A stretch of 64,000 bases of DNA from positions 1 through 64,000 of the forward strand of contig CAVUVW010000017.1 of the NCBI GenBank assembly GCA_963745035.1, written 5' to 3'. The notes below the pieces were generated by a model. That model did no database searches. It was given only the letters and a program-made list of their open reading frames with translations, and was not told the origin of the DNA. Source of the DNA: an uncultured delta proteobacterium (lineage in GTDB: Bacteria; Desulfobacterota; Binatia; UBA9968). Made by a program: the position numbers and the translations under genes. Below are positions 9,957 through 19,608 of this stretch, one piece after another (position 1 is the stretch's first letter; the number at the start of each line of letters is the position of its first letter).

Positions 9957-10209
9957 AATTTCCGATGCGGTTCGTGACACGCAAAGTACAGCCGACTCTA
10001 CTGCGTTCCATGTTTGAACGTTCGACTTCTCGCGACTTTCCTTGATCGGCAAAGGTTCGCTAATTGATCACGGAGTAACAAATGTTTTTGGGAATTTTGT
10101 TAAACATGCTTTAATAGAAGGCTAGCGATTCCGACGACTCAACCACCAGTAGCTATTTAATGGATTGCACCCTCTTTCTAGGTGCAATTCCCCTTGGCGA
10201 GTAAAAATA

Positions 10210-11865
10210 ATGACGCGGCGCAGTTTGAAACGTCTCTATCTGGATGAATTTACCGGTTACAACGGGGACAAATTCCGCCAGGATCTGTTGGCGGGTCTTA
10301 CGGTTGCAGCTGTGGCGCTACCATTGGCCTTGGCTTTCGGCGTGGCATCCGGCGCCGCGGCGGCTGCCGGATTGGTTACGGCGGTTGTGGCCGGATTGGT
10401 CACCGGCGGTCTATCAGGGGCGCCATATCAGATCAGCGGCCCAACGGGGGCGATGAGCGCCGTCCTTATTTTACTGGTGCAAAAATACGGCCTGCAGGGC
10501 GTCTGGATCGCGGGTTTGCTCTCCGGAGGCTTGCTGATTGTGATCGGAATTCTACGTCTTGGGCGGTTTATCGGGTTTGTGCCGGCACCTGTCATTACCG
10601 GCTTTACTTCCGGCATCGCACTGATCATCTTCATCGGCCAAATTGATAATTTACTAGGCGTGAAAACCGAACCAACGACGGCCGCGCTTTTCAAACTCAC
10701 GGCATACTTAAAAGGCGGTTGGGTTCCCAACTGGCAGTCTCTTGCCCTGGGTCTTTTGGTCATCAGTGTGATGGTTTTCTGGCCGAAGCGATGGAACGCG
10801 CGCTTTCCGGCGTCCCTGCTGGGAATAATTCTGACCACTGTGCTTAACGCGGTGCTGAACTGGTCCGTGCAGGAAATCGGCTCCATCCCACAAACGCTGG
10901 TGCTGACGGACCGTCTATCGTTCACGGATGTTCCCTGGGACAAACTGGACGATCTTATCGCTCCTACGTTGACGATCACTGCATTGGGCGCGGTGGAGTC
11001 GCTGCTGTGCGGCGCCGTCGCATCCAACATGACCGGCATTCGTTTGCAGGCGAACCAAGAGCTCATTGCTCAAGGCGTGGGCAACGTACTCATCCCGTTT
11101 TTCGGAGGCGTACCAGCGACAGCGGCGATTGCGCGGTCCAGCGTGGGAATCAAATCCGGCGGGCAAACGCGCATGGTGAGCATCGTTCATGCGCTAGGAC
11201 TTCTGCTCTCAATGTTTCTGCTGGCTCCGGTGATGAGTCATATCCCATTAGCGGCATTGGCCGGCGTGCTTATGGTCACCGCCTGGCGCATGAATGAATG
11301 GGAAGCCATTCGCTTCATCTTCACTAAGCGTTTCAGGTCGGCAATGGTTGCGTTTGCCATTACGATGCTCGCGACGATTACTCTGGATTTAACTCAGGCG
11401 ATCATAATCGGCACTTTTGTGGCGGGTGGTATTTTTCTCAGCCAAATCGCCAACATCGACATCGATGTCCAGGAAGTTGAGCCGGAAAAATTACGCGCCA
11501 AGGGCATAGAAATCTATAGCACGTGCAGGCACGTGAAAGTCGCATTCGTCACCGGACCGGTATTTTTTGCCGCCACTGGTTCATTCAATGAGGCCTTCGC
11601 GAATCTGGGCGACACCCATGCGCTGATTCTTTCGATGCGGGGTGTCCCCCTGATCGACACTGCGGGTCTCGAGGCAATCGCACGATTGCATGAAAAGCTC
11701 CACAGGCAGGGAGGTGTGCTCATGTTTGCGGGCGTGCATGAAAACGCCAAACGGATGTTGGAACGTGCCGGACTGGAGGATGAAATCGGCCGGGAGAATT
11801 TCTTCTGGAGTTCGGACCAAGCGATTGTACAGGCGGAACGTCAAAACTGTAAGTTTTGCCAGTGA
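10210..11865 (+). CDS. SulP family inorganic anion transporter with STAS domain
   Basis: DLLAGLTVAAVALPLALAF, QISGPTGA, NQELIAQG; C-terminal STAS (VPLIDTAG). Confidence 0.95.
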   Translation: MTRRSLKRLYLDEFTGYNGDKFRQDLLAGLTVAAVALPLALAFGVASGAAAAAGLVTAVVAGLVTGGLSGAPYQISGPTGAMSAVLILLVQKYGLQGVWIAGLLSGGLLIVIGILRLGRFIGFVPAPVITGFTSGIALIIFIGQIDNLLGVKTEPTTAALFKLTAYLKGGWVPNWQSLALGLLVISVMVFWPKRWNARFPASLLGIILTTVLNAVLNWSVQEIGSIPQTLVLTDRLSFTDVPWDKLDDLIAPTLTITALGAVESLLCGAVASNMTGIRLQANQELIAQGVGNVLIPFFGGVPATAAIARSSVGIKSGGQTRMVSIVHALGLLLSMFLLAPVMSHIPLAALAGVLMVTAWRMNEWEAIRFIFTKRFRSAMVAFAITMLATITLDLTQAIIIGTFVAGGIFLSQIANIDIDVQEVEPEKLRAKGIEIYSTCRHVKVAFVTGPVFFAATGSFNEAFANLGDTHALILSMRGVPLIDTAGLEAIARLHEKLHRQGGVLMFAGVHENAKRMLERAGLEDEIGRENFFWSSDQAIVQAERQNCKFCQ

Positions 11866-12026
11866 GGAGAAAACATGCCCTTTGGGTTTTGGACAGCAAC
11901 GACCCGCCGCCTGATATTGGAGAATCGTCAACTGATGAGGGGTGAATCGGTCTTGGATTTTGGTTCCCGTTTCTCGGCCCGTCCGAATTTGACACCACTA
12001 TCGGACGAATAGTGGTCCCACCCGCC

Positions 12027-12130
12027 AAACTCAGCATGAGTTCTGGCCCGCTGCCGGTGCTACTGACATTGTGGGGCAAAGAGCCGTTCTCCCGGCGTGG
12101 CGGGTTCTTTTAGGAACGGGTTGATTGTCC
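12027..12130 (+). repeat. Dispersed repeat family, copy A (full length)
   Basis: AAACTCAGCATGAGTTCTGGCCCGCTGCCGGTGCTACTGACATTGTGGGGCAAAGAGCCGTTCT...AGGAACGGGTTGATTGTCC. Confidence 0.9.
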
Positions 12131-12301
12131 AAGACGGCGCGCGTCGGAATGAGGTTCTCTGGTTTCGACGCGCTGTTCGCGCTAGCGCGAAACGAGAATC
12201 CACAATCCTCGTGCCGTATTTGTTCGCTTGCCCTACAGGCCGGCTGGGTAAGCCCGGTGTACCGGGCAACGCGAGAGAAGTGATCGAGAATGCCCGTCGC
12301 T

Positions 12302-13006
12302 TTACGAAAAATGCTCGACTCTGGGGGGCACCAATCGGTAACCAATACCGCTTTCGGTCCGCAGCAGTTTCTCGCGACTATTGGCTGGCTCAAGTTTCTT
12401 TCGAAGGTGGGTCATATACACGCGCAAATATTGCGAGTGCTCCTCCGAGTTCGGCCCCCAAACCTCCCGCAATAATTGCTTGTGGGTGACGACTTTTCCG
12501 GCGTGCTGCGCAAGAATTTTGAGCAGCGCGTACTCGGTCGCCGTTAGTTTCACGTCCTGACCATTGACCGTCACGCTACGCGCCGTGAAATCGATCCCGA
12601 GCGAACCGGCGCGAAAATACGGCTCGTCCGCGCGCGATCGTGCCCGACGCTGAATAGCCCGAAGTCGGGCCATCAGTTCACCGGCTTCGAAGGGTTTTGT
12701 TACGTAATCGTCCGCGCCGGCATCCAATGCGGCAATCTTATCTTCGGGTCCGTCCCGGATTGATAGAATCAAAACCGGCACCTGACTCCATTCACGGAGC
12801 CTTTGCAAAACGGCTAGTCCCGGGAGGTCCGGCAGCCCAAGATCAAGCACGACGACCTCCGGCTTGCGCAGCGCAATATCCGAGATCGCCTGTCTGCCGC
12901 AGTCCGACTCGAGGACCCGGTAGTTCTCTTCCTCCAGAATAATCCGAAGAAGTCGCCGGATCTGCTGCTCATCGTCAACGATCAGAACCGTTGTGCGGTC
13001 ACTCAA
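12302..13006 (-). CDS. kdpE: KdpE-like OmpR-family response regulator
   Basis: REC (VLIVDDE, LDLGLPD) plus HAGKVVTHKQLLREVWG..YLRVYMTHLRKKLE. Confidence 0.9.
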   Translation of the reverse strand: MSDRTTVLIVDDEQQIRRLLRIILEEENYRVLESDCGRQAISDIALRKPEVVVLDLGLPDLPGLAVLQRLREWSQVPVLILSIRDGPEDKIAALDAGADDYVTKPFEAGELMARLRAIQRRARSRADEPYFRAGSLGIDFTARSVTVNGQDVKLTATEYALLKILAQHAGKVVTHKQLLREVWGPNSEEHSQYLRVYMTHLRKKLEPANSREKLLRTESGIGYRLVPPRVEHFS

Positions 13007-14579
13007 GCGATGCCTCCATCAATTCCGGTCGAAAGCTCTCAGCCGGAATGGTGATGACAAATTCCGCACCGCCGCTGTCGCGATTGGCTGCTCTGACGGC
13101 GCCCCCATGCGCTCGCACGAAGCCATCGACAATCGCCAACCCGAGCCCGGTGCCGCCCGGAGCCGCGTCGCTTCCGCGGTAAAACATCTCAAAAATGCGC
13201 GGTAAGTCCTCGTTTCGGATTCCTTTCCCTTCATCGAGAACTGAAAGTTGGAGTTTCTCCTCCGCCACCCCCGCCCTAATGATTATCTGTGTACCCGGAG
13301 CGCTATTTGCGGCGGAGTTGAGCAAGAGATTGCAGAGGCACTGCTCCAAGAGGGGTTGATCGACCTTTACCATAGGAAGGTTTGCGTCTGCATCAATAAC
13401 GATCGTATGCTCGCCAACGCTCTCGCACGCCAGATCGATGGCCGCCTGAATAAGCTCCGTCAAATCGCACCAATCAAATTTAGGTTGAATCACGCCTGAT
13501 TCGATGCGTGTCATATTGAGCAGGTTGTTGATGACCCGATGGAGACGGCGCACCGCGAATTTCATCTCTTGAAGCGCCGCGTGCGTTCTCTTGCCCCGAC
13601 CGATGTCTCTGGCGAGAACATCAATGCCCGTCTGTACGGCGGCCAGTGGGGTCTTGAGTTCGTGGGAGACGCTTTGGAGAAATGCGCGGCGCAATTCCTC
13701 CGAAGTCTCGAGGATCTCGGCACGCTTGAACGCTTGGACGATGTGATCCTTTTCAAGCACGAGTCCGATCATGACGGCGAATGCGTCGAGCAACTCTCTT
13801 TGCTCGGAGTCGAAAGGTTTACCTTTGGGCGGTTGTACTGAAAGCACACCCATGACGGCTGTGCGGCCTTGCAAGGGGATATGCAGTGCCTCGGCATCGG
13901 GCATGGTATCGGTGAATCTTCCTGCACTCTTGCGCTCGCTGAAAGCACGGACGGCTATGGTCTTTTCTTTCTCCGACAGCGATAAGGAGCTGGCCCTATG
14001 AGGAGTCATCGAGAGCGTGTGGTCCTTCTCTCTCAGGAGAAGCGCCGCATTCGCGGCAAAGCTCGATTCAACCAGGTGCACCGCTGCTCGAAGACCGCTA
14101 TCCAGATCATCGGCGAATGCCGCTTGACGCGCGAGCTCATAAAGAGCAGCCGTCCGTCGCTCGCGCTGCCGTTCCGCAATCTCATTGCGGCGAAGCCGGC
14201 TGGTGAGGTGTCCCATGCTGAGCGCCACGACAAAAAACATTATAAACATCATGAGATCGTGAAATTCGTCAATTTTGAAAGTGAAGCGCGGCTCTGTGAA
14301 GAGAAAGTTCCACAACACCGCACTGCTGGCCGCCGCTGCTAAAACCGGCCCCCTGCTTACCCTGAGGCTCAGCGCGACAACCAGCAAAAGATAGAGAAGC
14401 GCAATTGACTGGTAGCCCGTAACGGGCTCAATCAGCCAAGCCGCCGCGGTCAGCAGGAGGGTGGCAACTCCGGCGAGGATAAACTCATGTGCGGGTAATG
14501 CGGCTACCAGCGGTTTGCGAAACAAGCGCTTCACCACCGGCTCCCGGCGCATTTCCTCCGGATTTGCTCGTTCTGTCAT
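12999..14579 (-). CDS. kdpD: KdpD-like sensor histidine kinase (DUF4118-GAF-HisKA-HATPase) lacking the N-terminal KdpD/Usp region
   Basis: 4 TM DUF4118 (LWNFLFTEPRFTF), SVSHELKTPL, GTGLGLAIVDGFVRAHGG; only 526 aa. Confidence 0.8.
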   Translation of the reverse strand: MTERANPEEMRREPVVKRLFRKPLVAALPAHEFILAGVATLLLTAAAWLIEPVTGYQSIALLYLLLVVALSLRVSRGPVLAAAASSAVLWNFLFTEPRFTFKIDEFHDLMMFIMFFVVALSMGHLTSRLRRNEIAERQRERRTAALYELARQAAFADDLDSGLRAAVHLVESSFAANAALLLREKDHTLSMTPHRASSLSLSEKEKTIAVRAFSERKSAGRFTDTMPDAEALHIPLQGRTAVMGVLSVQPPKGKPFDSEQRELLDAFAVMIGLVLEKDHIVQAFKRAEILETSEELRRAFLQSVSHELKTPLAAVQTGIDVLARDIGRGKRTHAALQEMKFAVRRLHRVINNLLNMTRIESGVIQPKFDWCDLTELIQAAIDLACESVGEHTIVIDADANLPMVKVDQPLLEQCLCNLLLNSAANSAPGTQIIIRAGVAEEKLQLSVLDEGKGIRNEDLPRIFEMFYRGSDAAPGGTGLGLAIVDGFVRAHGGAVRAANRDSGGAEFVITIPAESFRPELMEASLE

Positions 14580-14661
14580 AGTGGTTGAGTTTACTCGCCT
14601 TCTCTCTTGGTCCTGAGATCAGTCACGAGCATTTCTCCCCAACGGTTCCGGCCTGGGGAAA

Positions 14662-16647
14662 TCAAGCGGGCCTTTGCTGAGGTTGGGGCGCAACGGAAAC
14701 ACGGATTGGCAGGATCATTGTTTCGAGCCCCTCGAACTGAAGCCGCTGCTGCAAACTAAACGGTGTCTGGTTATGCAGCCAGCGGGTCAGGAAATTCTCC
14801 CGTTGAAAGACCAATTTCCCGGCAAAAAATACGGAGTTGGGGAACTCCCTGGCCACTTCCTTGCACAGCCCCTCCAGTTCGTCAATTAGATCAATGCCCA
14901 ACGCATAACGATACTCGGCATACCATCCCAAGCAAGTGGCAAAATCCACTAGGCTCTTGAGATCATCCTGCTTTGACCGGCGGAGGTTTTCTATCTCGGA
15001 ATGTCCTTTGAATCGGCCTGAGTCGATGACTCCAATGGAAATGAACACAACATTTTTGAAATGGTCCGGAAACAGCCGGCCGATACTAAGCAGCGAATGG
15101 ATTGCCAGCCCATCGAAGTCTTGGGCAATGAGAACGGCGGTCGGGGCGCTCGGATTTTTGGCCGGTACGGGCTTGTTTAGTTCCGGGGGGAAAGGAATTT
15201 CGAGGAGTGTATCATCTAGGCGCTTCAGAGCCCCGCGAACGCGGTCGTAATGGCGTCGGATGCCGTAACAGAAAAGGACGAAGACCGATGTGGCCAAGAG
15301 GGTCAGCCAACCGCCCTCCGCGAACTTTACCACTACCGTGACCGTGAGAATCGTCGCTGTGAATAACAACCCCACCCCATTGACCACAGCCTTCCTGAGC
15401 CAGAGTCTTTCGACTTTCCTCACGGCCAGCCAGTGCCGGCACATGGCTAACTGTGAGAGGCTGAAGGTCAAAAAAACGTTAATACTGTACATGACGACCA
15501 ATAGCCGGACGTTACCGCCGGTATAGAAGAGAAAGGCGAGCGCCGATAACCCCATGAACCACACGCCATAGCGGGTGACCAGATGATCGCTCAAATGGGA
15601 GAACCGATGCGGAACCCAAGAGTCCACCGCCATATTCGAGAGCACTCGGGGGCCGTCGATAAATCCTGCCTGAGCTGCAACCAGGAGGATCGCCGCCTCG
15701 GTGACAAGAGTCCCTACCACCAAAATATAAGCGATATTGGATTGAAAAAAGCCGCCGTAAACTTTCGTGAAAAGAGTCGCATTGAGGGTCTTACCCGGTT
15801 CGTGCGCGACCTGGTTCAGCAGGTAACAAATCAGCAGGCCACTCGCTGTGAAAGCGAGCGAGACAGCCATATAGCGCATTGTTCTCTTGCCCGTCTCAAC
15901 TCGTGGCTCGCGCAGCGCCTGAAGGCCGTTGCTGACCGCTTCGATGCCGGTATAGGTGCCGCCGCCAAGACTATAGGCGTGAAGAATAATAAACAGAGTT
16001 GCCCAGAGTCCCAGCCCTTGAATATCGCCGATTGCTCCTTCATAGGTTGCGGAGGCGACAGTGGGAATTTCCGAAGCCCTCGGCAGAATACCGATCGTGA
16101 TCGCAAATACATGCGCGACGACAAACAAGAGAAAAATCGGAAGCAAAAACAGGACGGACTCTTTGGTGCCGCGAAGATTGAGATAGATGAGAAAGACAAT
16201 GAGAATGAACTCTACTCCCAGTTTAAACCCGTGCAGCGAACCGGGCAGGAAGCTGAAAATCTGATCTCCCGCGCTCGCAACGGAAATAGTAATGGTGAGC
16301 ATATAGTCCACAATCAAAGCACAGCCAGAAACCAGTCCGGTTCTTGCGCCGAGAAGTTTGGTGGCGACCAAATAGCCGCCTCCGCCCGTCGGGAACAATT
16401 CGATGATGTGATTGTAACTTGCGGAGATGACAAAGACCGTCACGGCCATGAGGACGGCGAGAGGTAAGGCTAAGAAATAGTGCTCGCCGAGTGCTAGGTA
16501 TGCTTCTTCGGGTCCATACGCGGATGAGCTTAGCCCATCCGCGCCAAGGCCGACCCACGCAAGAAAGGCGACAAGCGATACTTGATGGAAGACTTTTGGA
16601 TCTAAAGGATCTTTCGGCTTGCCGAACAGTACGGTTCTAATGGACAT
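14662..16647 (-). CDS. APC-family KimA/YdaO-like putative K+ transporter
   Basis: ADGLSSSAYGPEE, PTGGGGYLVA, VDYMLTITISVA, TGIEAVSNG; cytoplasmic C-terminal domain. Confidence 0.85.
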   Translation of the reverse strand: MSIRTVLFGKPKDPLDPKVFHQVSLVAFLAWVGLGADGLSSSAYGPEEAYLALGEHYFLALPLAVLMAVTVFVISASYNHIIELFPTGGGGYLVATKLLGARTGLVSGCALIVDYMLTITISVASAGDQIFSFLPGSLHGFKLGVEFILIVFLIYLNLRGTKESVLFLLPIFLLFVVAHVFAITIGILPRASEIPTVASATYEGAIGDIQGLGLWATLFIILHAYSLGGGTYTGIEAVSNGLQALREPRVETGKRTMRYMAVSLAFTASGLLICYLLNQVAHEPGKTLNATLFTKVYGGFFQSNIAYILVVGTLVTEAAILLVAAQAGFIDGPRVLSNMAVDSWVPHRFSHLSDHLVTRYGVWFMGLSALAFLFYTGGNVRLLVVMYSINVFLTFSLSQLAMCRHWLAVRKVERLWLRKAVVNGVGLLFTATILTVTVVVKFAEGGWLTLLATSVFVLFCYGIRRHYDRVRGALKRLDDTLLEIPFPPELNKPVPAKNPSAPTAVLIAQDFDGLAIHSLLSIGRLFPDHFKNVVFISIGVIDSGRFKGHSEIENLRRSKQDDLKSLVDFATCLGWYAEYRYALGIDLIDELEGLCKEVAREFPNSVFFAGKLVFQRENFLTRWLHNQTPFSLQQRLQFEGLETMILPIRVSVAPQPQQRPA

Positions 16648-16716
16648 TGCTTTTTCCGCTCCGAAAGACCTGGCTCTACAGCCAAATCCTAACAGCCCGG
16701 ACAAAGCGACGGATAA

Positions 16717-16754
16717 TTAAAAGAGCATGCAATCTCGTTAAAAGAAAATTAAAA
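16717..16754 (-). promoter_or_regulatory. Candidate KdpE-type binding site
   Basis: Minus strand reads TTTTAA-TTTTC-TTTTAA (11-bp period), with a third TTTTAA 21 bp further on; resembles the E. coli KdpE box TTTATA-N5-TTTACA. Confidence 0.5.
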
Positions 16755-17000
16755 TCGACCAGGGCGAACTCACCGTTCGAACGCCGTTTTGCTTGCCTCT
16801 TCTATCGGCAGAATGCTAGACGTGAGAAACGCAGGGTATGTCACGGATTGGAGCTTATCCAGTTTGCTGGGGCGCTGAAAGGGAAGCTAAAGAGCCGCCC
16901 CGGAAAACGCCGCGCATCCGGAATTCGTCTCGCGCAAGCCAACCGAGGTTAAATCAAATCCAGCCCGAGTGGCATCCACAAGGACTGCTCCCAGCAACCT

Positions 17001-17070
17001 AAACTCAGCATGAGTTCTGGCCCGCTGCCGGTGCTACTTGACATTGTGGGGCAAAGAGCCGTTCTGCCGG
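17001..17070 (+). repeat. Dispersed repeat family, copy B (5' ~70 bp)
   Basis: Nearly identical to 12027-12095 (one extra T, one substitution). Confidence 0.92.
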
Positions 17071-17520
17071 GAAATCGATTAACAACTCGTGTGGCGTACA
17101 TCGCGTTCTATGCAAATATTCGCATCGGCGGGCTTGTAGCATTCATGAGAGTTCGGTCTTGCGCTCGGCATTCAAAATCCTACCTAGTCTTCTATCGATA
17201 GAGCACGTACGACGCTGGTTGTTTAAAAAATTCTTTTTCTTCCCTTCAATTCATTATCCGGTTCAGCGTCATGCGAGATCTGTAATCTTCAGTCAAAGTA
17301 ATTCGGCTATTCGCGCAGAGTGCTTCTTTTCAGCTAGGTGCAACAGCAATGCTCGTGTATAATCGACAAACCATCTTAGAATCCCATCGCGAAGCATAAC
17401 GGCTTTCTCTCTGCATGTGCTCAAAGCGATCAGAGCACACGCCCACAGCACCGGGTACTGTTTCCTTGGTCCAACGATGACTGTCCATAGGTAAAACAGC
17501 TTCTAAACGAAGGGGAAACT

Positions 17521-19092
17521 ATGATGAAAAGAGTAATGTCGACCCAAACAACCGATTCATCTAGGCGGCGATTTCTAAAAACAATCGGCGTAGGTGCTGC
17601 GGCCACTTGGGCCACAATGGGGTTGGGAACTCCATACGCGCGCGGTGCTCAACCGCCCGATGTGGCGCGTCCCGATAGTTTCGGCAGAATGTTTCGATTG
17701 CCTCCGTTTGCGGCTCCGACGAATGCTGTTCGAGAAGCCTTATCTGAGCTTGGCAAAGCAGGCGGTATCATGGACGCACAAGACGCTTTGAAGGCTGGCC
17801 CTAGCGCTCTCATCCTTGATCCGCTTCTCAATGAGATTAATCAGAACAACGCGAGCCACACGGCTGGAGTGACGTTCTTCGGCCAGTTCCTTGATCATGA
17901 CGTAACCTTTGACTCCCGTTCACGGCTCGGGTTTCCGACACAGCCGATCAAGTCCGCCAATACGCGGAGTGCTTTCTTTGACCTAGATTCTGTGTACGGT
18001 GCTGGGCCGAAAGAAACACCGGAACTCTACGATCCGCAGGACACGATCAAACTCAAAGTCGAAAGTGGTGGAGAGTTCGAGGACCTCCCTCGTAACTCCA
18101 CAACCAAAGCAGCCTTGATCGGCGATCCGCGCAACGATGAGAACCTCATGATCGCTGGATTGCACGCCGCATTCTTACTTTTTCACAATCGGGCGGTGGA
18201 TGAGGTGCGGGCACAGAAATCAGAATCATCAGATGATGATGATGCAGTGTTTGCTGAGGCACGGCGTCTGATGACCTGGCATTATCACTGGCTGATCCTG
18301 CATGAATTTCTGCCGCTGATTGTGGGCCAATCTGTGGTTGACAACGTTCTTAGCCAGGGTCGGCGCTATTACAATCCGCTGCAGGAACGGGAATTTGTTC
18401 CGGTCGAGTGGCAAATAGTTTATCGATTCGGCCACAGCATGGTTCGCCCTTCTTACCGCGCAAATCTGGCGGGCGACAATGGTAAGGCTTTTTTCGGGAT
18501 GATCTTCGACCCGGCTGGCGAAGGCGCCGCGGATCCGGTCGATCTTCGAGGCGGAGCGAGGGCAGCGCGGCGCTTTATCGGCTGGCAGACGTTTTTTGAT
18601 TTTGGGGACGGCGAAGTACGGCCAAACAAATTGATCGATACCACGATCTCTACACCGCTCTTCCATCTGCCGATGGGCGCAATCGCCAGCGGTACGCCAC
18701 CCGAATCATTGATGCAGCGCAATCTGCTGCGACATTTAACCTGGCAGCTTCCATCCGGACAGGCCATTGCCCGGGAGATGGGCATGGATCAATTGAGCAG
18801 CGCGGATTTGGCGGAGCTACAACCTATCGCACCATCGTTTACCCAATCCACACCGCTTTTTTACTACATATTGAAAGAAGCTGAGCTAGTAGAGGGCGGC
18901 AGTCGCCTCGGGCCGGTGGGTGGCCGCATTGTGGCCGAAGTTTTCATCGGCTTGTTGCAGCTCGATCCTCAATCGTACTTGAATGTACAACTCGCTTGGA
19001 CGCCAACTCTGCCCGCCGTCGGAGGCGCACCGGAGAGTTTTCGGATGATCGACTTCTTGACTTTCGCGGGAGTCGTAAGCAGAGGACAATGA
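17521..19092 (+). CDS. Tat-exported heme peroxidase (animal heme peroxidase-like family)
   Basis: SRRRFLK Tat motif; FFGQFLDHDVTFD, LDSVYG, IGDPRNDEN, YRFGHSMVR, RLGPVGGRIVAEV. Confidence 0.92.
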   Translation: MMKRVMSTQTTDSSRRRFLKTIGVGAAATWATMGLGTPYARGAQPPDVARPDSFGRMFRLPPFAAPTNAVREALSELGKAGGIMDAQDALKAGPSALILDPLLNEINQNNASHTAGVTFFGQFLDHDVTFDSRSRLGFPTQPIKSANTRSAFFDLDSVYGAGPKETPELYDPQDTIKLKVESGGEFEDLPRNSTTKAALIGDPRNDENLMIAGLHAAFLLFHNRAVDEVRAQKSESSDDDDAVFAEARRLMTWHYHWLILHEFLPLIVGQSVVDNVLSQGRRYYNPLQEREFVPVEWQIVYRFGHSMVRPSYRANLAGDNGKAFFGMIFDPAGEGAADPVDLRGGARAARRFIGWQTFFDFGDGEVRPNKLIDTTISTPLFHLPMGAIASGTPPESLMQRNLLRHLTWQLPSGQAIAREMGMDQLSSADLAELQPIAPSFTQSTPLFYYILKEAELVEGGSRLGPVGGRIVAEVFIGLLQLDPQSYLNVQLAWTPTLPAVGGAPESFRMIDFLTFAGVVSRGQ

Positions 19093-19106
19093 GCCGTGGC
19101 CGCGTG

Positions 19107-19165
19107 TTGTGGGGCAAAGAGCCTTTCTACCGGCGGGCGGTGTGATCAGGAACGGGTGATTGTCC
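19107..19165 (+). repeat. Dispersed repeat family, copy C (3' portion)
   Basis: TTGTGGGGCAAAGAGCCTTTCTACCGGCGGGCGG...AGGAACGGGTGATTGTCC matches the 3' half of copy A. Confidence 0.85.
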
Positions 19166-19190
19166 CTACAGCTAACGCGTAGAACAAGCC

Positions 19191-19450
19191 CACTTTGTCA
19201 CAACTTTGCCAGAACCATTTGCTCGAATCGGTTTGAATCGGTAAATTGAGCCTGCCAGACCCGCTTTAAACGCTTGGATTCATGCACATGGTGCCCAATG
19301 GTGTCACATAGTCCCGCACCAGTCGCAGGACTGAAAATCCTCGTGTCGGCGGTTCGATTCCGTCCCTGGCCACCATTTTTCCTCTGTAAAATCAACCGCT
19401 GAAACTCTGGTCGCTCGCAAAACTCGGCTTCACTTTGCCATTACTTTGCT
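19191..19450 (+). mobile_element. attP-like site of a tRNA-Phe-targeting tyrosine-integrase element
   Basis: Paired arm-type repeats ACTTTGTCA-CA-ACTTTGCCA (19192) and ACTTTGCCA-TT-ACTTTGCT (19432) flank the tRNA-Phe fragment; the integrase stop lies in the right arm. Confidence 0.65.
19327..19375 (+). tRNA. 3' fragment of tRNA-Phe(GAA); att core, not a complete tRNA
   Basis: AGGACTGAAAATCCTCGTGTCGGCGGTTCGATTCCGTCCCTGGCCACCA: anticodon arm, T arm, CCA; no D arm or 5' acceptor strand. Confidence 0.9.
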
Positions 19451-19603
19451 TGTTCTGTTGTGGTTTGATCAGCAGCGTGAAATTTGTCGAGCTTGCTCGC
19501 TGATTCCCTCATCGACCATTCATCAGAAATCGCATACCGGCGATAAATTGCCTCGGTCTTGAGGCCGATCATCTTCATAGCGTCGCTCCGAGAAACACCG
19601 GCA
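19441..19603 (-). pseudogene. C-terminal remnant of a tyrosine recombinase
   Basis: AGVSRSDAMKMIGLKTEAIYRRYAI matches the G(H)KT....RRY catalytic-Tyr box with His changed to Leu. Confidence 0.8.
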
Positions 19604-19608
19604 CGTTC

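Noticed and set aside
16760-17000. c-di-AMP (ydaO) riboswitch upstream of the KimA-like gene
   Set aside because: The conserved GCTGAA...GGGGA...GGGGTGAAT...CAGCTAAC elements are not present on the coding (minus) strand.
12027-19165. CRISPR array interpretation of the dispersed repeats
   Set aside because: Copies are kilobases apart and of unequal length; no cas genes and no regular repeat-spacer array anywhere in the window.
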